DNA of 64,000 bases from an uncultured delta proteobacterium (GTDB taxonomy: Bacteria > Myxococcota_A > UBA9160 > UBA4427): assembly GCA_963822965.1 (NCBI GenBank), contig CAWGJT010000006.1, forward strand, positions 416,001-480,000, written 5' to 3'. The position numbers and the translations under genes were made by a program. Numbering within the stretch: the first letter of the stretch is position 1; the number at the start of each line of letters is the position of its first letter. Below the pieces are notes generated by a model, which searched no databases, was not told the DNA's origin, and saw only the letters and a list, made by a program, of their open reading frames with translations. This document shows positions 60,281 through 64,000 of the stretch, piece by piece.

Positions 60281-60532
60281 CGCCGGGCCCCGGTCCCGAC
60301 GAGGGCGGGCGGCGGGGCTCTTCCCGCCTCGACCCGCTGGCCGGGTCCCTGGCCGCGCTGGGCGCCGCGGGCGATGCCGGTCCGGCGGACGTCGAGCACC
60401 TCTCCGCGAGCGACGGCCTCCCGCGCGCGTTTCGCGGCCATCGGGCGCGGGAGCCCCTCGCAGCGGTGATCCCGTGGATCGTGGAGCGCGCGGGCGCCGC
60501 ATCCCGGGGTCGGACCGAGCCCGCGTGACCCG

Positions 60533-60880
60533 TCAGGCCGAGGTGGAGAGCCTCGCGAGCAGCTGGAAGTACGCCTCCGGCGCCGACAGGATGCTGAGGC
60601 CGAGACCGCTGGGAATGCCCGTCGTGTGATGCCGACTCATGCGGTGCTCCCGAGCCACCCGGGCGTGGAGCTCGAGCTCGCCCTCCTCCTCGTGGAGGAT
60701 CACCCGGACCACCGACCCGGTCTCCGCCTTCTCCTGGCTGCGCACGTAGAGCCCGCTCGCCGAGAGGTCGGTCACGAGGCCTCCGTGCCGCTGGCCCTGC
60801 ACGATGAGCTCGCAGGGCACGCGGCGGCGAAAGCGGGTGAAGGCGACCGGACGCCTGCGACGCTCGTCGGTGACGGACAT
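60533..60880 (-). CDS. PilZ domain protein
   Basis: RFRRR (RxxxR) and DLSASG (DxSxxG) motifs. Confidence 0.85.
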   Translation of the reverse strand: MSVTDERRRRPVAFTRFRRRVPCELIVQGQRHGGLVTDLSASGLYVRSQEKAETGSVVRVILHEEEGELELHARVAREHRMSRHHTTGIPSGLGLSILSAPEAYFQLLARLSTSA

Positions 60881-60889
60881 GCGGACCCA

Positions 60890-60916
60890 ATCGGCAGATC
60901 GCAGCGTCGGCTTCAG
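60890..60916 (-). promoter_or_regulatory. Possible sigma28-like promoter CTGAAG-N15-GCCGAT
   Basis: GCCGAT matches the FliA -10 core and lies 9 nt before the PilZ ATG; no SD sequence. Confidence 0.4.
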
Positions 60917-61027
60917 CGGAAGCTGCGTCGCCCCTCGGGAAGCGTGCGCCGGATCACCGCTGGCATCCACCCGAACGCGCCGCCACCCTCTCCGGCCCAC
61001 CCTTCCCCGCTCGAGGAGGCCCGGCCG

Positions 61028-61999
61028 ATGACCCGCATCTTCTACGACAGCGACGCCGACCCGGCGGCGATCGAGCACGAGCGCATCGTCGTCGTGGGCT
61101 ATGGCAACCAGGGACGCTCGTGGGCCCTCAACCTGCGGGACTCGGGACTCGACGTGAGCGTCTGCGTCCGCGCGGACCATACCCGGGACCGGGCGCGCGA
61201 CGACGGGTTCGCGGTCCTCGACCTCGACGCGGCGGGCGAGGCGGACATCCTGTGCGTGCTGGTGCCCGACGACTCGATTCCCGGCCTGCCCCTGAAGCCG
61301 AGCGAGTCCACCCTGACGGTGGTCGCGAGCGGCTACTCGCTGGCCTTCGAGCGCTTCGATCCGCCGGGCGACGTCGCCATGCTGGCGCCCCGCATGCTCG
61401 GCCCGGAGGTGCGTCGCTGCTACCTGGAGGGCGTCGGCTACATCACGGCGCTGGGTGTTCACCGCGACGTCACGGGTCGTGCCTGGCCCCGCCTGCTGGC
61501 CCTCGGAGGGGCCCTCGGCGGCCTGCGCCAGGGGGCGATCGAGCTGACGCCCCGGCAGGAGGCGGTGCTCGACCTCGCCGTGGAGCAGATCCTGTCTCCC
61601 GCCCTGACCCACGTGAACCAGGCCTTCGTGGTCACGATGCTTGCCCAGGGCATTCCGCTGGAGGCGATCCTGACCGAGCTCTACCTCTCCGGGGAGGTCG
61701 AGCGGAACTACCGGCTGCTGCGCGAGGTGGGCTTCGTGGGACAGCTCGGACTCCACTCCCCGACGAGCCAGTACGGTCAGCTCTCGCGGCGCGGGGCCTA
61801 CGACCACCTCGACTTCGGACCGAAGATGCGGGAGCTCGCGGAGGACATCGCATCGGGGCGGTTCGCGGACGAGTGGGACGCGGAGAGCCGTGCGGGCCAT
61901 CCCCGCCTGGCGGCGCTGCGGGAGGAGCACGCGGGGCCCCTCGTTCGGGCCATGGAGGAGGACATCCGTCGCAAGCTCGGGGAGAGCCGCTCCGAGTAG
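61028..61999 (+). CDS. ilvC: Ketol-acid reductoisomerase-like protein (divergent)
   Basis: VVGYGNQG, LNLRDSG, LVPD, DLAVEQ, HSPTSQYG, IASGRFADEW; RBS GAGGAGG. Confidence 0.75.
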   Translation: MTRIFYDSDADPAAIEHERIVVVGYGNQGRSWALNLRDSGLDVSVCVRADHTRDRARDDGFAVLDLDAAGEADILCVLVPDDSIPGLPLKPSESTLTVVASGYSLAFERFDPPGDVAMLAPRMLGPEVRRCYLEGVGYITALGVHRDVTGRAWPRLLALGGALGGLRQGAIELTPRQEAVLDLAVEQILSPALTHVNQAFVVTMLAQGIPLEAILTELYLSGEVERNYRLLREVGFVGQLGLHSPTSQYGQLSRRGAYDHLDFGPKMRELAEDIASGRFADEWDAESRAGHPRLAALREEHAGPLVRAMEEDIRRKLGESRSE

Positions 62000-62046
62000 C
62001 GTCCGCGCCGCCTCGCGCTTCGGAACCCCGATCCGGCCGCGACCGG

Positions 62047-62100
62047 GTCAGCGCGGCAGCGTCAGCGCAGCAGCGCCTCGGTCAGCGCAGCAGCGCCTCG
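62047..62100. repeat. Tandem duplication of the TetR gene 3' end (2 x 20 bp plus a partial 14-bp copy)
   Basis: GTCAGCGCAGCAGCGCCTCG at 62061 and 62081; GTCAGCGCGGCAGC at 62047. Confidence 0.9.
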
Positions 62101-62705
62101 AAAGTGCGCCGCATGACCGCCTGGGCGCCAGCGGGGTCGAGGTCCTGCACCAGGCGAAGGGCCTCCCAGCTGTGCCAGGAGCACGCGACGATCAGGGCGG
62201 CGAGCACCTCGCTGCGAGCGGGCTCGGCGAAGGCGTCCAGCTCCCAGCGGAAGATGAACTCCGTGTAGCGCCTGCGGATGCGGTCGGTCCCGAGCAGGAT
62301 CTCGCTGACGTCGGGCGACTTGTCGCGTCGGACGCCGTGGCGGAATCCGCGGAACATCCGGGACAGCGGCATCGTGCGCTCGAGCACCTCGCCGTGTCGC
62401 TCCACGAAGCGGCCGACGCGCTCGTCGAGGGAGAGATTCGGCGGAATGTCGACGTGGGTCGCGACCACCCAGTCGAACGCGCGCCGGGCGGAGGCGGCCA
62501 GCACGCCTTCCATGTCTCCGAAATGGGTGAACACCGAGCGGGCCGACACCCCGGCCCGCTCCGCCAGCTCCGCCCCCGTCGGCGGCAGGTCGGCGTCGGC
62601 GACGAGCTCTTCGTAGGCCGCCAGGATGGCTTCCCGCGTCCGGATCCCGCGCGCGATGCGGCCGTCGTGTGTGCGGAAGGTCTCGGTCCCCAGCGCGTTC
62701 GCCAT
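62082..62705 (-). CDS. TetR/AcrR family transcriptional regulator
   Basis: DGRIARGIRTREAIL, LAERAGVSARSVFTHF; RBS GGAGAG. Confidence 0.9.
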   Translation of the reverse strand: MANALGTETFRTHDGRIARGIRTREAILAAYEELVADADLPPTGAELAERAGVSARSVFTHFGDMEGVLAASARRAFDWVVATHVDIPPNLSLDERVGRFVERHGEVLERTMPLSRMFRGFRHGVRRDKSPDVSEILLGTDRIRRRYTEFIFRWELDAFAEPARSEVLAALIVACSWHSWEALRLVQDLDPAGAQAVMRRTFEALLR

Positions 62706-62948
62706 CTGCTCTCCGTCGCGGGCTTCGAGCGATCTTACACCACAAACGTGATCGGCGTACGCGCAGTCTGCGAGCAGCAGACCGGCAGTCGCCGGCCGAA
62801 GTCCCCGTCGCGCCGAAGCCGAAGCGGTCTTCGACGGGTTCACGAACTCGACGATCGGGTCAACTGGCCCTGCCGCACGGACGATGAGTCTCCGGAGACG
62901 TGCGTGGCGCCCGATTCGCGATCCAACCCACGGAGCCCGACCGACCCG

Positions 62949-64000
62949 ATGAGCGCTGAGCCGCGTCAGAACCACGCGCGCGATCCGGCCGACCCCCTCT
63001 CCGAGGTCGCGCTGCTGCGCGAGCGCCTGCAGCTCGAGACGCTGATCTCCGAGCTGTCGCGCCGGCTGCTCTCCACCGAGACCGCGGCCATCGACGACGC
63101 GATCCGCGAAGGACTGCGATCCGTCGCCGCGGTGGGCGGCGCGGACCGCACCTTCCTCGTCTCCCTGCCCGAGCTCCGGCGCGATCGCACCTTCTTCTTC
63201 GAGTGGTGCTCCGAGGGCGTGGCGCCCCGTGCGAGCGCCCCGACGCTGTCGGATGGCGAGCAGTACCGCGGCTTCTCGCGACGCCTGATGGCCGGCGAGA
63301 TCGTGAGCATTCCCGTCGTCGCCGACATGCCCGACTCCCTGGCGACCGAGCGGACCGCCATGCTGGCGGCGGGGATCCGCTCGTACCTGCTCGTTCCCGC
63401 GGTCTCCCGCGGTGCCCTGATGGGCATCCTGTGCCTGCACTGCGTGCGCCAGGAGCGCCACTGGTCCGACCACGAGCAGACCCTGCTGCAGCTGATCGCC
63501 GACCTGTTCACGAGCGCGCTCCGGCGCAAGCGCAGCGAGACGGCACTCGCCGAGAGCGAAGCCCGCTTCCGGGCCCTGGCGGAGAACTCCCAGGATTCCA
63601 TCTGCGAGCTGTCCGCCAACGGGCACGTCCTGTACGCGAGCCCCGCCTACGCGACCCTGATGGGCAGCGCCCGGGACGACCTCGAGGGCAGCAACTTCTT
63701 CGAGCTGGCGGATGCCACGGACCGGCAACGGCTGCGCGGAGGAGTCGGATCGGCACTCCGCGGTGTCGCCGCCAGTCCCATCGTCTTCCGCACGCGCAAT
63801 CGCGAGGACGAGCGGCTCGACGTCGAGGTGACCGTGCGCGGCTTCTCGACGGCCGGCGGCGAGGCGCGCGTCGTCGGCGTGCTGCGCAACGTGAGCCGGC
63901 GGGAGCGCGACCGACGGGCCCTCGAACGCCAGGTGGAGGGCGAGCAGCAGATCGCGGAGCTGTCCCGCTTCTTCCTGGACCTCGAGCCGGCCTCCACCCA
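62949..64000 (+). CDS. GAF plus PAS sensor protein (probably a histidine kinase), truncated by the window end
   Basis: Not in the ORF track. MSAEPRQNHAR... stays open to the end. GAF (GADRTF, FEWCSEG, GIRSYLLVP, WSDHE), then SEARFRALAENSQD PAS, then the start of a second GAF. Confidence 0.85.
   Translation, partial: MSAEPRQNHARDPADPLSEVALLRERLQLETLISELSRRLLSTETAAIDDAIREGLRSVAAVGGADRTFLVSLPELRRDRTFFFEWCSEGVAPRASAPTLSDGEQYRGFSRRLMAGEIVSIPVVADMPDSLATERTAMLAAGIRSYLLVPAVSRGALMGILCLHCVRQERHWSDHEQTLLQLIADLFTSALRRKRSETALAESEARFRALAENSQDSICELSANGHVLYASPAYATLMGSARDDLEGSNFFELADATDRQRLRGGVGSALRGVAASPIVFRTRNREDERLDVEVTVRGFSTAGGEARVVGVLRNVSRRERDRRALERQVEGEQQIAELSRFFLDLEPAST

Overview
High-GC (visually about 70%+) bacterial DNA. 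The gene content (PilZ, exosortase, Gld-type ABC, many CoA-dependent enzymes) suggests a Myxococcota/Deltaproteobacteria-like organism, which is inference only. About 52 CDS or CDS remnants. I found no rRNA, tRNA, CRISPR array, transposase or integrase. Contents: an SBP56/methanethiol-oxidase-like gene with a probable SCO partner; acyl-CoA catabolic clusters; two tandem paralogous ABC-2 exporter triads; a zinc-ribbon Ser/Thr kinase converging on a PP2C phosphatase; a large secreted beta-propeller di-haem protein with a C-terminal sorting signal; pheST; a sirtuin; a two-subunit biotin carboxylase; glnS; exosortase plus partner; a GldA/F-G/DUF4340 ABC set; HtrA; PilZ; a divergent KARI; TetR; and a truncated GAF-PAS sensor. 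Best leads: (1) an unannotated attenuator (Cys-rich uORF, antiterminator, terminator) upstream of the ABC-2 exporters, with a second structured leader before the paralogous triad; (2) a CTAG-tagged double-hairpin repeat family showing covariation, with three copies at gene ends; (3) an MTO-clade protein that appears to have Arg in place of a cofactor Trp. Several single-base frameshifts suggest sequencing error, so frame-dependent claims need read-level checks.
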